Shown: positions 19,394 through 30,447, counted from the first letter of the stretch. The stretch: 64,000 bases of DNA from Prolixibacteraceae bacterium (GCA_035648135.1 DASRMB010000052.1:23334-87333), one strand, 5' to 3'. Made by a program: numbers and translations. Notes: generated by a model not told the origin, from the letters alone.

Positions 19394-20644
19394 ATGATAA
19401 AAAATCTGTTCTTCATTTTTCTGACGACTTTAATTTTAGTCGCATGTAAACCTGCAACTAAAGAGGAAACATCCATTCAATCCGCTTTTATAAAAGTAGA
19501 GGAACAAAACCTAATCGCTCCAAACGGCGAAAAGTTTTTCATTCAGGGAATTAATCTGGGCAACTGGTTGAACCCTGAAGGTTATATGTTTGGTTTTAAA
19601 CGAACAAGTTCGGCCCGCATGATTGATCAGGCTTTCCGCGAAATGGTTGGACCTGATTTTACCAATAAATTCTGGAAACAGTTCAAGGACAATTACATCA
19701 CACGGGAAGACATTCGCTACATCCACCAAACAGGAATGAATACGATTCGAATTCCTTTCCATTACAAATTATTCACGGATGAAGATTACATGGGATTATC
19801 GGTTGCCCAGGACGGATTTCAACGCTTGGACAGCCTGGTTTCCTGGTGCCGTGAATCTGAAATTTATCTGATTCTGGATATGCACGATGCCCCAGGCGGA
19901 CAAACAGGCGATAACATCGACGACAGTTATGGCTATCCCTGGCTGATGACCAGCGAAGCAAGTCAAAATCAATTTGTGGAAATATGGAAAAAAATCGCGG
20001 ATCATTATAAGGATGAACCGGTAATTTTAGGATACGATTTGTTGAATGAACCCATTGCCACCTATTTTGGCGAAGAAGAAGAAAAACTAAACACAGCACT
20101 GGAACCACTTTACAAACGTGCGGTTGCCGCCATTCGCGAAGTCGATCAGAACCACATTGTACTGTTGGGAGGATCTCAGTGGAACAGTAACTTTTCGATA
20201 TTTACGGATTCGAAGTTCGATGATAAATTGATGTATACCTGCCACCGCTACTGGTGCGATACACTACAAGCCAACATCCAGGATTTCGTGAACTTCCGCG
20301 ATTCCGTGAACCTGCCGATATTCATGGGCGAAACCGGTGAAAATACGGACGAGTGGATTGCTGCATGGACGCGTCTGATGGAACGCAACAACATAGGTTG
20401 GACTTACTGGCCTTTCAAAAAGATGAAAAGCCCAAGGGGTGTCATGACCATTGCACAACCGGAGAACTGGGACAAGGTTATCGAATTTACTGAAAGTCCG
20501 CGAAACGGGTTCGATGAAATACGCAAAGCCCGTCCTGATCAGGAACTCGTAAAAAAAGCCATGCTTCAGTTGATTGAAAATTGCAAATACAGCAACTGCA
20601 AGGTGAACGAAACTTACGTGAAAGCTATGGGAATGAAACCCTGA
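19394..20644 (+). CDS. GH5-family glycoside hydrolase (cellulase/mannanase-like), lipoprotein
   Basis: Lipobox 'LVAC'. 'LLNEP' (catalytic acid) and 'FMGETGEN' (nucleophile) are GH5 hallmarks. Confidence 0.7.
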   Translation: MIKNLFFIFLTTLILVACKPATKEETSIQSAFIKVEEQNLIAPNGEKFFIQGINLGNWLNPEGYMFGFKRTSSARMIDQAFREMVGPDFTNKFWKQFKDNYITREDIRYIHQTGMNTIRIPFHYKLFTDEDYMGLSVAQDGFQRLDSLVSWCRESEIYLILDMHDAPGGQTGDNIDDSYGYPWLMTSEASQNQFVEIWKKIADHYKDEPVILGYDLLNEPIATYFGEEEEKLNTALEPLYKRAVAAIREVDQNHIVLLGGSQWNSNFSIFTDSKFDDKLMYTCHRYWCDTLQANIQDFVNFRDSVNLPIFMGETGENTDEWIAAWTRLMERNNIGWTYWPFKKMKSPRGVMTIAQPENWDKVIEFTESPRNGFDEIRKARPDQELVKKAMLQLIENCKYSNCKVNETYVKAMGMKP

Positions 20645-20651
20645 AAATTTT

Positions 20652-22997
20652 CTATTCCACTGAAATTTCGTCGACAAAAAGCCAGGCTGGCTGTCCTGCC
20701 CCCATATGGCCTCTGGGAATTTCCTCCAACTTGTAGGCGATCACTTTGATGTAGCTGGCCATTACCGGATCAAAATCAACTGAAAAATCTTTCAGTTGAT
20801 TTTCACCTGAAAGCGGATCTGCTTCATTTATTTTTTCTGCGACTTTCCTGAAAGACAGCCCATCATCTGAAATATAAAAAGACAATTTCCGGGGAAGAAA
20901 GATCCACGCACCAATATTTTGAAGCGTCCCAACTGAAACATGATGAATTTCAGTGGCTTGCTGCAGATCAATAACGACATCCATATTTGTTCCTTCCCAG
21001 GCCTGCCATTCTCCGTCGGAATGATTTGTACTTCCCCGAACCCCATTTACCAGCGTATATTCGCCCGAACCTTTGTAATTTTCGCTGTAAGGAATCAGGT
21101 ATTTAACCGGCTTGACGGTGGCCTTATTGATGTTGAAAGAATAACTCATTGAATTCGCTGCAGGCAGACCTTTGACAATGGTGACCGCTTTCAGGCTTGA
21201 AGTTGAATCCAGCAAAACAGGCTCAGTATAAATTGCGGAAGAGTCTGTTGGTTCAGACCCATCGGTGGTGTAATGAATTTCAGTACCGCCAAGTTCGCAG
21301 CTTAAACGAATGGCAAGTTGCTTCTTTTCAGCATTAAATTCGGTTTTAGCAATTACCTTATAGGCGCTTTTCGAATAGTTAATGCCTATCTGATCGTATC
21401 TTTTCATGAATAATTGAATACGACGCGAAAAATCATCCCAGCTGCGAACTTCCCGGGGACTCCACAAAACTTCAGCCAAAGCAGCAATTCTAGGAAAAGT
21501 CATGTATTCTGCCTGTTGAATATTTGGAATATACTCCGCCCAAAGATTCGCCTGAGCTCCCAAAATGTGTTTGGCAGCCTCAGCATCCAGCTCTTCAGGT
21601 ACCGGATTAAAATCGTAAACTTTATTAAGTGGATTGTATCCGCCGCCGGCTAATGGTTCCTGATCAATTGGGCCCTGATAATGGTCGAAATAGCAAGGTG
21701 AGCCCGGTGTCATCACCACATCATGCCCCTGTTTGGCAGCATCAATACCTCCCTGGGTTCCTCGCCAGCTCATAACTGTTGCTTGGGGGGGCAATCCGCC
21801 TTCCAGAATTTCATCCCATCCGAGCAGAACCCTGTTTTTTGAATTGATGAATTTTTCGATGCGTTTGATGAAATAGCTTTGCAGTTCACCAACATCTTTC
21901 AGCCCTTCCGTTTTCATTCGGTTTTGACAATCCGGACATTTTTCCCATTCGGTTTTGGTTGCTTCATCGCCTCCAACATGAATGTATTTCGAAGGAAACA
22001 GGTCCATCACTTCGGTCAGTACATCTTCCAGAAAAAGGAAAGTTGAATCTTTTCCGGCACAATAAATATCGGTGATTGGCCATAGCCCGCCGGGAGGAAT
22101 AGTAAAAGGACCTCCGGTGCATGAATACTCAGGATAGGCTGCAAGAGCAGATGTTACATGAGCAGGCATTTCAATTTCAGGTACAATAGTGATGAAACGG
22201 CTTTGTGCATAGGCGACCATTTCTTTAATGTCATCCTGGGTATAGAATCCGCCGTAGGTAGCTGTCTCACCGGCTTCCTGTTTAGATCGCGAGTTCCAGG
22301 GCTGGTCTTCACGGTCGACACGCCATGCTCCCACTTCAGTAAGTTTGGGGTATTTTTTGATCTCGATGCGCCAACCCTGATCATCAACCAGATGCAAATG
22401 AAGCGTATTGATTTTATGAAGAGCAAGATTATCGATCATCTGAAGCACAGCTTCCTTCTGGAGGAAGTGACGTGAAACATCGAGCATAAAACCGCGCCAT
22501 TTAAATGCAGGACTATCTGAAATACTGATAACCGGAACCAGCCAATCCATTTTTTCGATTTTTTGACTGCTTTCAATTTCAGGAGGTAGTAACTGCCGTA
22601 AAGTTTGAGTGGCATAAAAAAAACCTGCCGGCTTTGCAGCCTTGATTTCAATCCGATTTTTCTGCACATCAAGCGAATAAGCTTCATGCCCTTTGGTTTG
22701 TTCAGTTTTAAAATAAACCTGGTTGGAACCTTCGTATCCACCAACAACTATCTCGGGTTTCCATCCGGCAGCCTTTTCAAACAATTCGCCAAACTGTGCG
22801 GCAATAATTTGCTGATCAACATTTTCAACAACAAACCGGGTACCTTCTGTAAACTTAAAGGAAGATTCGCCCAATTTCATCTTCTGAACCTGTGGGATAA
22901 GAGCAATTTCGTTTTCAGTAAAGTTTCTGTTTGGTTTGCAACTCCAAATAAAAATGGAGCAAAGCAAAATGATGATTCCGACAGATATCTGCTTCAT
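20652..22997 (-). CDS. GH20 beta-N-acetylhexosaminidase with C-terminal F5/8 type C (discoidin) domain
   Basis: 'FKWRGFMLDVSRHF', 'HLHLVDDQGWRIE' and 'IHVGGDE' are the GH20 catalytic-domain motifs. Signal peptide present. 781 aa. Confidence 0.8.
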   Translation of the reverse strand: MKQISVGIIILLCSIFIWSCKPNRNFTENEIALIPQVQKMKLGESSFKFTEGTRFVVENVDQQIIAAQFGELFEKAAGWKPEIVVGGYEGSNQVYFKTEQTKGHEAYSLDVQKNRIEIKAAKPAGFFYATQTLRQLLPPEIESSQKIEKMDWLVPVISISDSPAFKWRGFMLDVSRHFLQKEAVLQMIDNLALHKINTLHLHLVDDQGWRIEIKKYPKLTEVGAWRVDREDQPWNSRSKQEAGETATYGGFYTQDDIKEMVAYAQSRFITIVPEIEMPAHVTSALAAYPEYSCTGGPFTIPPGGLWPITDIYCAGKDSTFLFLEDVLTEVMDLFPSKYIHVGGDEATKTEWEKCPDCQNRMKTEGLKDVGELQSYFIKRIEKFINSKNRVLLGWDEILEGGLPPQATVMSWRGTQGGIDAAKQGHDVVMTPGSPCYFDHYQGPIDQEPLAGGGYNPLNKVYDFNPVPEELDAEAAKHILGAQANLWAEYIPNIQQAEYMTFPRIAALAEVLWSPREVRSWDDFSRRIQLFMKRYDQIGINYSKSAYKVIAKTEFNAEKKQLAIRLSCELGGTEIHYTTDGSEPTDSSAIYTEPVLLDSTSSLKAVTIVKGLPAANSMSYSFNINKATVKPVKYLIPYSENYKGSGEYTLVNGVRGSTNHSDGEWQAWEGTNMDVVIDLQQATEIHHVSVGTLQNIGAWIFLPRKLSFYISDDGLSFRKVAEKINEADPLSGENQLKDFSVDFDPVMASYIKVIAYKLEEIPRGHMGAGQPAWLFVDEISVE

Positions 22998-23213
22998 GGT
23001 GATTTTGTTTGGTTTTACGAGGAATCTAAGGTAGAAAATATTTTTGAATCCTGTTTTTTGTAATTTATTAAGTCAAATGTGTTAATTTGTGATATTCAAA
23101 TAATGAATAAACCACAATTCGACCAATCGCTATGTCAATAAAAAATAGTTCTATACCAGTTGGCCATTTTTCAAAAGCTAAGCTTCCAATTTAAAACATA
23201 AAGCAAAACGGCA

Positions 23214-23909
23214 ATGGAAACATTTCAAAGCGACATCTCAAACAAAGAATTCCCAATTTCGGAAAAAGTATCAGGGAAAGCTGTCAGACAGTCCATTCTT
23301 GATTTAATTCAAACGGACAATCCCAAATTTACTGCTGATAATTTTTTATCCATCAGTGAGCTAAACCATTACAGGGCAAAACACATCGAAAGCTTCCTGA
23401 CCAGACAAATTGGTAAACTTTCAGGTTTGGAACGAAAAGTATTAAATTCCTTAAAAGACAAAACTACTTTAACGGAAAATACGGATGATGACGATTTGCA
23501 AAAAATGACCTTTGGACAACGTATTGCGGACAAGGTCGCTTCTTTTGGGGGTAGCTGGACATTTATTATCTTGTTTGGACTATTCCTTTTGATTTGGATC
23601 CTTTTAAATATTTATTGGCTGGCAAACAAAGGTTTTGATCCTTATCCGTTTATACTTTTGAACTTGATTCTGTCAAGTTTAGCCGCCATACAAGCTCCTG
23701 TTATTATGATGAGTCAGAACAGACAGGAAGAAAAAGACCGGGACCGGGCGGTAAAAGACTATATGATAAACCTCAAATCGGAACTTGAAATCAGAATGTT
23801 ACAAGAAAAAATAGACCATCTGATTCTAACCCAGCAGCAGGAAATTCTGGAAATTCATAAAGTTCAGCTGGAGAAGATGAACGAGATACTCAAACGACTT
23901 GATAAATAA
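23214..23909 (+). CDS. DUF1003-family membrane protein
   Basis: Two TM helices followed by a coiled-coil tail. 'FILLNLILSSLAAIQAPVIMMSQNRQ' is characteristic of DUF1003. Confidence 0.55.
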   Translation: METFQSDISNKEFPISEKVSGKAVRQSILDLIQTDNPKFTADNFLSISELNHYRAKHIESFLTRQIGKLSGLERKVLNSLKDKTTLTENTDDDDLQKMTFGQRIADKVASFGGSWTFIILFGLFLLIWILLNIYWLANKGFDPYPFILLNLILSSLAAIQAPVIMMSQNRQEEKDRDRAVKDYMINLKSELEIRMLQEKIDHLILTQQQEILEIHKVQLEKMNEILKRLDK

Positions 23910-23919
23910 ACTGAATCCC

Positions 23920-24120
23920 ATGAATACAAAAATGATGAACAAAGTAATGAAGTACCTGATACTGATTTCAGCTATTGCTGTTTTTGTTGGAGCCATATTT
24001 CAACTTCAGCACTATCCGTTTGGTGATATGATCTTAATTACCGGATTATTGTCGCATTTTCTGATCAGTAGTTTCGAAATCAACCGGTTAAAGAAAATAA
24101 TAGGCACTACTGAAAAATGA
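23920..24120 (+). CDS. Small two-TM membrane protein (hypothetical)
   Basis: 66 aa from ATG 23920, two hydrophobic helices, in the same orientation as DUF1003. Supported only by ORF and hydrophobicity. Confidence 0.3.
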   Translation: MNTKMMNKVMKYLILISAIAVFVGAIFQLQHYPFGDMILITGLLSHFLISSFEINRLKKIIGTTEK

Positions 24121-24182
24121 AATTTTTGTGATTTTGACAAGCAAAATTCAGTCCTGCTATATTCAACTTTTAAATCCTGATT

Positions 24183-25142
24183 ATGCAAACAATACTTGGC
24201 TCCGGAGGTGCAATCGGAATTGAATTGGCAAAAGCACTTCAGCAATACACCAGCGAAATCAGGCTGGTTAGCCGGAATCCGAAAAAGGTTAATGAAACCG
24301 ATGAATTGATGCCGGCAGACTTATTGAATTCCGAAGATGTCCGAAAAGCAATAATGGGTTCTTCTGTTGTTTATGTGACAGTTGGGTTTCAATACAGTGC
24401 AAAAGTGTGGAAGGCAAGTTGGCCCAAATTCATTAAAGAGGTGATTGCTGCCTGTCAGGAATTCAACTGCAAACTGGTATTCTTCGACAATATCTACATG
24501 TATGATCCGAATTTTCTGAATGGGATGAACGAAGAAACACCAATCAATCCGTCGAGTAAAAAGGGAAAAATCAGGGCCGAAATAGCTCAGTTGATTCTGG
24601 AGGCAGTGAAGGCGGGTAAACTAACCGCTTTGATTGCCCGGTCAGCTGATTTTTACGGTCCGGGAATTAAGAACTCCAGTATGCTTAACGAAACGGTTGT
24701 AAAACCATTGAGTGCAGGGAAAAAAGCCAACTGGATGAGTTCAGTCCATTTTAAGCATTCATTTACATACACTCCTGATTCCGGTAAAGCAACTGCAATC
24801 CTTGGAAATACGAAAGATGCTTACAATCAGGTATGGCATTTGCCAACAGCTGCCAATCCGTTTACAGGAAAAGAATGGGTAGAAGCCATTGCCCGAGAAT
24901 TAGCAGTAAAACCTCAGTATCAGAGCGTACCTGTTTTTTTAGTGCGAATGATCGGATTGTTTGTGCCCATCATGAAAGAAATGGTTGAAATGATGTATCA
25001 ATACAACCGGGAATATGTATTTGACAGCAGTAAATTTGAGAAGCGATTTGATTTTAAGCCGACACCATATATTGAGGGAATTAAGGAAACCATCACACTG
25101 GATTATAAAACCGATCAATCGATGTCAAATGACAACCAATAA
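24183..25142 (+). CDS. NAD(P)-binding SDR / NmrA-like epimerase-dehydratase family protein
   Basis: N-terminal 'ILGSGGAIG' Rossmann motif. 319 aa. Confidence 0.65.
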   Translation: MQTILGSGGAIGIELAKALQQYTSEIRLVSRNPKKVNETDELMPADLLNSEDVRKAIMGSSVVYVTVGFQYSAKVWKASWPKFIKEVIAACQEFNCKLVFFDNIYMYDPNFLNGMNEETPINPSSKKGKIRAEIAQLILEAVKAGKLTALIARSADFYGPGIKNSSMLNETVVKPLSAGKKANWMSSVHFKHSFTYTPDSGKATAILGNTKDAYNQVWHLPTAANPFTGKEWVEAIARELAVKPQYQSVPVFLVRMIGLFVPIMKEMVEMMYQYNREYVFDSSKFEKRFDFKPTPYIEGIKETITLDYKTDQSMSNDNQ

Positions 25143-25587
25143 CTACCTCGATAAACCGTTTGGCCCTGTCGGAACTTCTTCAGGAGTTTTGATATTTATT
25201 ATTGGAGTCATTACAACATACACTTCAATCTACGCTCTGCTTCTGGTTTTTATTGGTGCTTTTGTTGGATTCACTTCAACCAGTGTATTGATTGATTTTG
25301 ATCGAAGGAGGATTAAATTTTCGAACAACTTCTTTGGGATTATTCGGTTGGGTCATTGGATAAACATTGAACCAACGATGAAAATTGGCATTAAAAAATC
25401 GAAGAAACTATGGCGGACCTATAGCCGGAGCAATCGGACGCTTGATATGGAGATTACAGATTTCAGAATAATTCTGTATGATTCAAAGGATAAGCTGATC
25501 ATGCCCTTAAAAAAGACGAATTCAATTGAATCTGCAAAAGTGGAACAGGTTATATTGGGAAATCAACTGGGATTAAGATTGATTTAA
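25129..25587 (+). CDS. Hypothetical membrane protein
   Basis: ATG at 25129 overlaps the SDR gene's stop region. Two TM helices. Otherwise unassignable. Confidence 0.35.
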   Translation: MTTNNYLDKPFGPVGTSSGVLIFIIGVITTYTSIYALLLVFIGAFVGFTSTSVLIDFDRRRIKFSNNFFGIIRLGHWINIEPTMKIGIKKSKKLWRTYSRSNRTLDMEITDFRIILYDSKDKLIMPLKKTNSIESAKVEQVILGNQLGLRLI

Positions 25588-25662
25588 CCCAAAACAGTTT
25601 TTGTACACACAAAATGTTGAAGTTTGCCCATCAACAAGGCTTCAACTTTAAAATTAAACCCG

Positions 25663-28353
25663 ATGTTAAATAAATTTGTACTAATCTTCCTGATTTCAAT
25701 CTTAGTTGCATCCTGTTCCAAAAGACAGAATCTGATCCAAAATCCGGAACGTCTGGCTGACATACAGCGGATGCTGACAGTCCAGAAAGATCTTACTTCC
25801 CGGAGTCTGGTTCCCGTTTGGGACATTTTTAACCAGTCTCTTTCTCCGGATGAAAAACAAGCCATGGAATTTTTGTATGCCTACATGCCTTTGAGCGATC
25901 TGGCCGATTATCAAGCCGGATTTTTCCTGAAGAATGCGCAGTTGAGTTTACTGACCCGTCAGGAAATGCCCTGGGGAAAAACCATTCCGGAGGAAGAATT
26001 TCTGCACTTTGTACTGCCTTTGAGGGTAAACAACGAAAATCTGGATAATTTCAGGGAAGTCATGTATCCTGAAATCAAGGAACGCATCAAAGGACTGGGG
26101 ATGAAAGCAGCAGCTTTGGAAATCAACCACTGGTGCCACGAAAAGGTGAATTACCGGGGAACCGATTCCCGCACCAGCGCTCCGCTAAGTACAATTAAAA
26201 AAACGTTCGGTCGTTGCGGCGAAGAATCTACATTCACCGTTACCGCCATGCGCACAGCCGGAATTCCTGCCCGCCAGGTGTACACGCCGCGATGGGCTCA
26301 TTCCGACGATAATCACGCCTGGGTGGAAGTCTGGATTGATGGCAAATGGAATTACCTTGGTGCCTGCGAACCGGATGTTGACCTCAACATGGGATGGTTC
26401 AGTGAGCCTGCAACCCGGGTCATGCTCGTGCATACCCGCGCTTACGGACGTTATTTTGGCAGCGAAGACGTGGTTCTTGCCACCGACCGTTTTTCAGAGC
26501 TCAACCTGACTTCGAACTATGCCACAGTCAAAAACGTAACCATCTCGGTGAAAAATGCAGACGGAACTCCGGCTGATAGCGCAAAAGTTGAATTTCAGCT
26601 GTACAATTACGCCGAATATTATCCCATTGCAACTGGCTACACAAACACAGAAGGACTAACCAGCCTGAAAACCGGCATGGGTGACCTGATTATCTGGGCG
26701 GCTAAAAACGGAAAATTTGCTTATCAAAAACTTTCGGTTCCTGAAACCGATACGCTTGAACTGGTGCTCAACCTGACTGTTCCTGTCAGTAAAAAAGAGT
26801 CGTTTGACCTTATTCCGCCACATGCCGCCAAAGTGGAACTGAACGTGACGGAAGCGCAGCAAAAAGAAAATGACCGCCGTCTGGTACAGGAAGATTCCAT
26901 CCGGAATTCGACCATGAAAACATTTAAAGATTCGACGTGGATTGCCGAATTTGCAGCAAATAACAATCTCCCGGAAGACACAGTTTCCCGATTCATCCGC
27001 TTAAGTTACGGAAACTGGGATCAGATCTCGGCTTACCTTAAAAAGAATGCTTCTGAATACCGCAGCACCATGCTCGAAATGCTCATTCAATTATCCGATA
27101 AAGATTTCAGCGATTCACCCGAAACGATTCTTACCGATCACCTGAGACAAACGGCACAATCAGGAGTGCAAAAACTGGTTTCTTCGAATGAACTGTTTAC
27201 GCGTTACGTTTTGTCGCCACGCATCAGCCTCGAAAATTTAAGTTCCTGGAGAAGTTTTCTCAGTACCGCGTTTGGTCCTGACATGGCGCAATCAACGCGT
27301 AACGACATTTCTGTTCTGACCAACTGGATACGCGAAAACATCCGGATCAATACCGTTGCCAACCTGCATTCACGAGCCGCACTTTCGCCCGCTGGTGCTT
27401 ACAATCTAAGGGTCGCTGATCCGATTTCAAGAGATATTTTCTTCGTGGCAAGCTGCCGCACTTTTGGAATTCCTGCCCGGCTGAATCCTGAAACTCAGAT
27501 TCCGGAGTATAACAAAAACGGCGAATGGCTGCGTGCCGGGTTCGATCCTGAAGCAGTAACCCAACCCGAAAAAGGTTCGCTCAAACTGATCGACAAAAAC
27601 AATCGGGTGGCTCCGCAATATTACCTCCATTATACCATTGGCATTTTACGCAACGGTTTTTACCACACGCTCGAATTTCCGGAAGGCGGAAAACTTTCCA
27701 ATTCGGATAAACCCATTGAGCTGGAAGTTGGCCAATACGACCTTGTGACCGGAAACCGTATGGAAGACGGATCAGTACTTAGCGAAGTGACTTTCTTTAC
27801 GATCGAAAAAGGAAAGCTGACAACCATCCCGGTTGAACTTCGCCGGGAATTGGGAGAATTGAAATCCAGCGGCAAACTGAATCTGGAGCAGCTGAATCTG
27901 GAAAAAGAGGGCAAACTGGTGAGTTTATCGTCGCTGGCAGCCGGTAATTATTCTGTGCTGGTGGTACTCGATCCCGATAAAGAACCTTCGAAACACATCC
28001 TGAACGATTTGGGGCCGTATGTCGATCATTTCAACAAATGGGGCGGACAATTCGTGTTTGCGATGCCTGCCGAAAAGGCTGGTCAGGCAGGTGTCCTGAA
28101 AACATACAAGCTCCCTGCAAAAATGGAACGTGGAATAGATCCCAACGAAAGTATTTTAAAGGCCATTTCTTCCATTTACGGCAGCGGACTTAAAGAAAAA
28201 CTGCCGCTGGTGCTGCTCTGTGACGCAAACGGAAAGGTATTCCTGTTCTCATCAGGCTATAAAATAGGAATGGGCGAACAACTCCTGAAAGTGATTTCGA
28301 CTGTTGAATCGAACCGAAAAACGGCTGAGGTAAAAGCTTCATGCAGCAAATAA
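25663..28353 (+). CDS. Transglutaminase-like domain lipoprotein (about 896 aa)
   Basis: Lipobox 'LVASC'. 'FGRCGEES...HAWVEVWIDGKWNYLGACEPD' carries the Cys/His/Asp core of the transglutaminase-like cysteine-protease fold. Confidence 0.65.
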   Translation: MLNKFVLIFLISILVASCSKRQNLIQNPERLADIQRMLTVQKDLTSRSLVPVWDIFNQSLSPDEKQAMEFLYAYMPLSDLADYQAGFFLKNAQLSLLTRQEMPWGKTIPEEEFLHFVLPLRVNNENLDNFREVMYPEIKERIKGLGMKAAALEINHWCHEKVNYRGTDSRTSAPLSTIKKTFGRCGEESTFTVTAMRTAGIPARQVYTPRWAHSDDNHAWVEVWIDGKWNYLGACEPDVDLNMGWFSEPATRVMLVHTRAYGRYFGSEDVVLATDRFSELNLTSNYATVKNVTISVKNADGTPADSAKVEFQLYNYAEYYPIATGYTNTEGLTSLKTGMGDLIIWAAKNGKFAYQKLSVPETDTLELVLNLTVPVSKKESFDLIPPHAAKVELNVTEAQQKENDRRLVQEDSIRNSTMKTFKDSTWIAEFAANNNLPEDTVSRFIRLSYGNWDQISAYLKKNASEYRSTMLEMLIQLSDKDFSDSPETILTDHLRQTAQSGVQKLVSSNELFTRYVLSPRISLENLSSWRSFLSTAFGPDMAQSTRNDISVLTNWIRENIRINTVANLHSRAALSPAGAYNLRVADPISRDIFFVASCRTFGIPARLNPETQIPEYNKNGEWLRAGFDPEAVTQPEKGSLKLIDKNNRVAPQYYLHYTIGILRNGFYHTLEFPEGGKLSNSDKPIELEVGQYDLVTGNRMEDGSVLSEVTFFTIEKGKLTTIPVELRRELGELKSSGKLNLEQLNLEKEGKLVSLSSLAAGNYSVLVVLDPDKEPSKHILNDLGPYVDHFNKWGGQFVFAMPAEKAGQAGVLKTYKLPAKMERGIDPNESILKAISSIYGSGLKEKLPLVLLCDANGKVFLFSSGYKIGMGEQLLKVISTVESNRKTAEVKASCSK

Positions 28354-28496
28354 GTTGGTGTGCTGAATAAATGCAAATGAGATAGTCTCAGGAAATTGGA
28401 AGATGTACATCCATAAAAACCTTCTGATTTCCTCCACTTTGCTTTTTGTTTCAGCCAGCAATTCCGTATTTTGTGCTGCACTTAAAACTCACAACA

Positions 28497-29300
28497 ATGC
28501 TTGTTTCAGGAAACACACTAAAAATGCGCACCGAATTTGCCGATCCGGTGCAATATTTCCTTCCATTAGGAGAAACAGAACTACACATGAACGAACTGAT
28601 CGGGAAAAATATTCAGTTTAGCTTTAACGGACAAATCAACTGCATTTCCTGCGGGAAAAAGACCAAAACATCGTTCGCCCAGGGCTTCTGTTTCAGCTGT
28701 ATGCAAACGGCTCCTGAAGCCAGCGAAACCGTGATGCGACCTGAATTATCAAAGGCTCATCTCGGAATTGCCCGTGACATGGACTGGGCTCGTGAACACG
28801 ACCTGATTGATCATTACGTTTATCTGGCCGTTTCAGGAGAATTAAAAGTTGGGGTAACCCGCCATCATCAGGTGCCTACCCGCTGGATTGATCAGGGTGC
28901 TGACCAGGCCATTATCCTGGCCTGCACTCCCAACCGCCACATTGCGGGAGTAATCGAAGTGTACCTGAAAAACTTCTTCTCCGACAAAACCAACTGGCGA
29001 TCGATGCTTCAGAACATAACCAGCCAACCGGTTAATCTTCAGGAAGAAAAAGTAAATGCAGCACAGTTACTTCCGGCCGAATTGCAGCAATATGTACATG
29101 CAGATAATAAAATCTGGAAAATCAATTATCCGGTTTCTGATTTTCCGGGAAAAATTGCGAGTGTTTCGTTTGACAAAGAACCGGTGATCTCAGGAATTCT
29201 GAACGGCATAAAGGGACAATACCTGATTTTTTCGGATGGAAGAGTGCTCAATATCCGGAAACACAACGGTTACTTTCTGGAAGTCAGGAAAATTGACTAA
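28497..29300 (+). CDS. DUF2797-like protein with a CxxC...CxxC zinc-ribbon motif
   Basis: 'CISCGKKTKTSFAQGFCFSC' pair of CxxC motifs. Start chosen at MLVSGNTLKM. Family assignment is from memory and uncertain. Confidence 0.45.
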   Translation: MLVSGNTLKMRTEFADPVQYFLPLGETELHMNELIGKNIQFSFNGQINCISCGKKTKTSFAQGFCFSCMQTAPEASETVMRPELSKAHLGIARDMDWAREHDLIDHYVYLAVSGELKVGVTRHHQVPTRWIDQGADQAIILACTPNRHIAGVIEVYLKNFFSDKTNWRSMLQNITSQPVNLQEEKVNAAQLLPAELQQYVHADNKIWKINYPVSDFPGKIASVSFDKEPVISGILNGIKGQYLIFSDGRVLNIRKHNGYFLEVRKID

Positions 29301-29402
29301 TTTGATAAATTCTAAAGGCGTGGCAATAAGTCTTTCCATGTCAGCTTTTTTTTTCGTTAATTTATAGGTGTTTAAAAATACCTGGATTGACATACTAGTT
29401 TT

Positions 29403-30425
29403 TTGATTATGGAACATATAGATTGGGGATCAATAGGATTCGGCTACATGAAAACGGATTACAATATTCGTTGTACCTATAAAGATGGGGCATGGGGCGA
29501 ACTTGAAGTAAGTGAAAGCGAAAATGTAAGCATGCACATGGCAGCTACTTGTCTGCATTACGGGCAGGAATCATTCGAGGGTTTGAAAGCATTTCGTGGG
29601 AAAGACAATAAAGTCCGGATTTTTCGCATGGATGAAAATGCCAGTCGAATGCAGGATTCAAGTATTGGAACGATGATGGCCGTCCTTCCGATTGAAAAAT
29701 TTCAGGAAGCTGTTGTTAAGGCGGTTAGATTGAATGAACGTTTTGTGCCACCCTACGAATCGGGAGCAGCTTTGTATATTCGCCCGTTTTTATTTGGGAC
29801 AGGTCCTCAGGTTGGAGTAAAACCGGCTTTGGAATATATGTTTATTATTTTTGTGACTCCGGTTGGACCCTATTTCAAAGGTGGATTTCAAACTACACCA
29901 TTTGTAATTATGCGCGAATTCGATCGCTCAGCACCGCTTGGAATGGGAAAATATAAAGTCGGCGGTAACTATGCCGCCAGTCTGGTAGCCGGGGCAAAAG
30001 CACATGAATTGGGTTATTCCAACGTGTTTTATCTCGATGCCAAAGAAAAAAAATACATCGACGAATGTGGTGCCGCTAATTTCTTCGGAATAAAAGACAA
30101 CACCTATATCACCCCGAAATCGAGTTCTATTTTGCCTTCCATCACGAACAAAAGTTTGATGGTTTTGGCAACGGATATGGGAATGAAGGTGGAACAACGT
30201 CAAATTCCGGTAGAAGAACTTTCAAGTTTTGAAGAAGCCGGGGCCTGTGGAACCGCTGCAGTAATTAGTCCGATCGAACGGATCGACGATTATGACAAGA
30301 AAATCTCCTACGTATTCTCGAAGGACGGGAAGCCGGGAGAAATAAGCGAAAAACTATACAAAAAATTGCGTGGCATACAATATGGCGACGAACCCGATAC
30401 ACACAATTGGGTTACCGTACTTTAA
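29403..30425 (+). CDS. ilvE: Branched-chain amino acid aminotransferase (class IV PLP fold)
   Basis: 'EHIDWGSIGFGY', 'ESFEGLKAF' and 'GGNYAASL' blocks are typical of BCAT. 340 aa. Confidence 0.8.
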   Translation: MIMEHIDWGSIGFGYMKTDYNIRCTYKDGAWGELEVSESENVSMHMAATCLHYGQESFEGLKAFRGKDNKVRIFRMDENASRMQDSSIGTMMAVLPIEKFQEAVVKAVRLNERFVPPYESGAALYIRPFLFGTGPQVGVKPALEYMFIIFVTPVGPYFKGGFQTTPFVIMREFDRSAPLGMGKYKVGGNYAASLVAGAKAHELGYSNVFYLDAKEKKYIDECGAANFFGIKDNTYITPKSSSILPSITNKSLMVLATDMGMKVEQRQIPVEELSSFEEAGACGTAAVISPIERIDDYDKKISYVFSKDGKPGEISEKLYKKLRGIQYGDEPDTHNWVTVL

Positions 30426-30447
30426 CAGCTACCAAAAAGAATTAAAA

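Noticed and set aside
25584-26139. Minus-strand ORFs across the transglutaminase gene start
   Set aside because: They overlap the signal peptide and lipobox region of a well-supported CDS.
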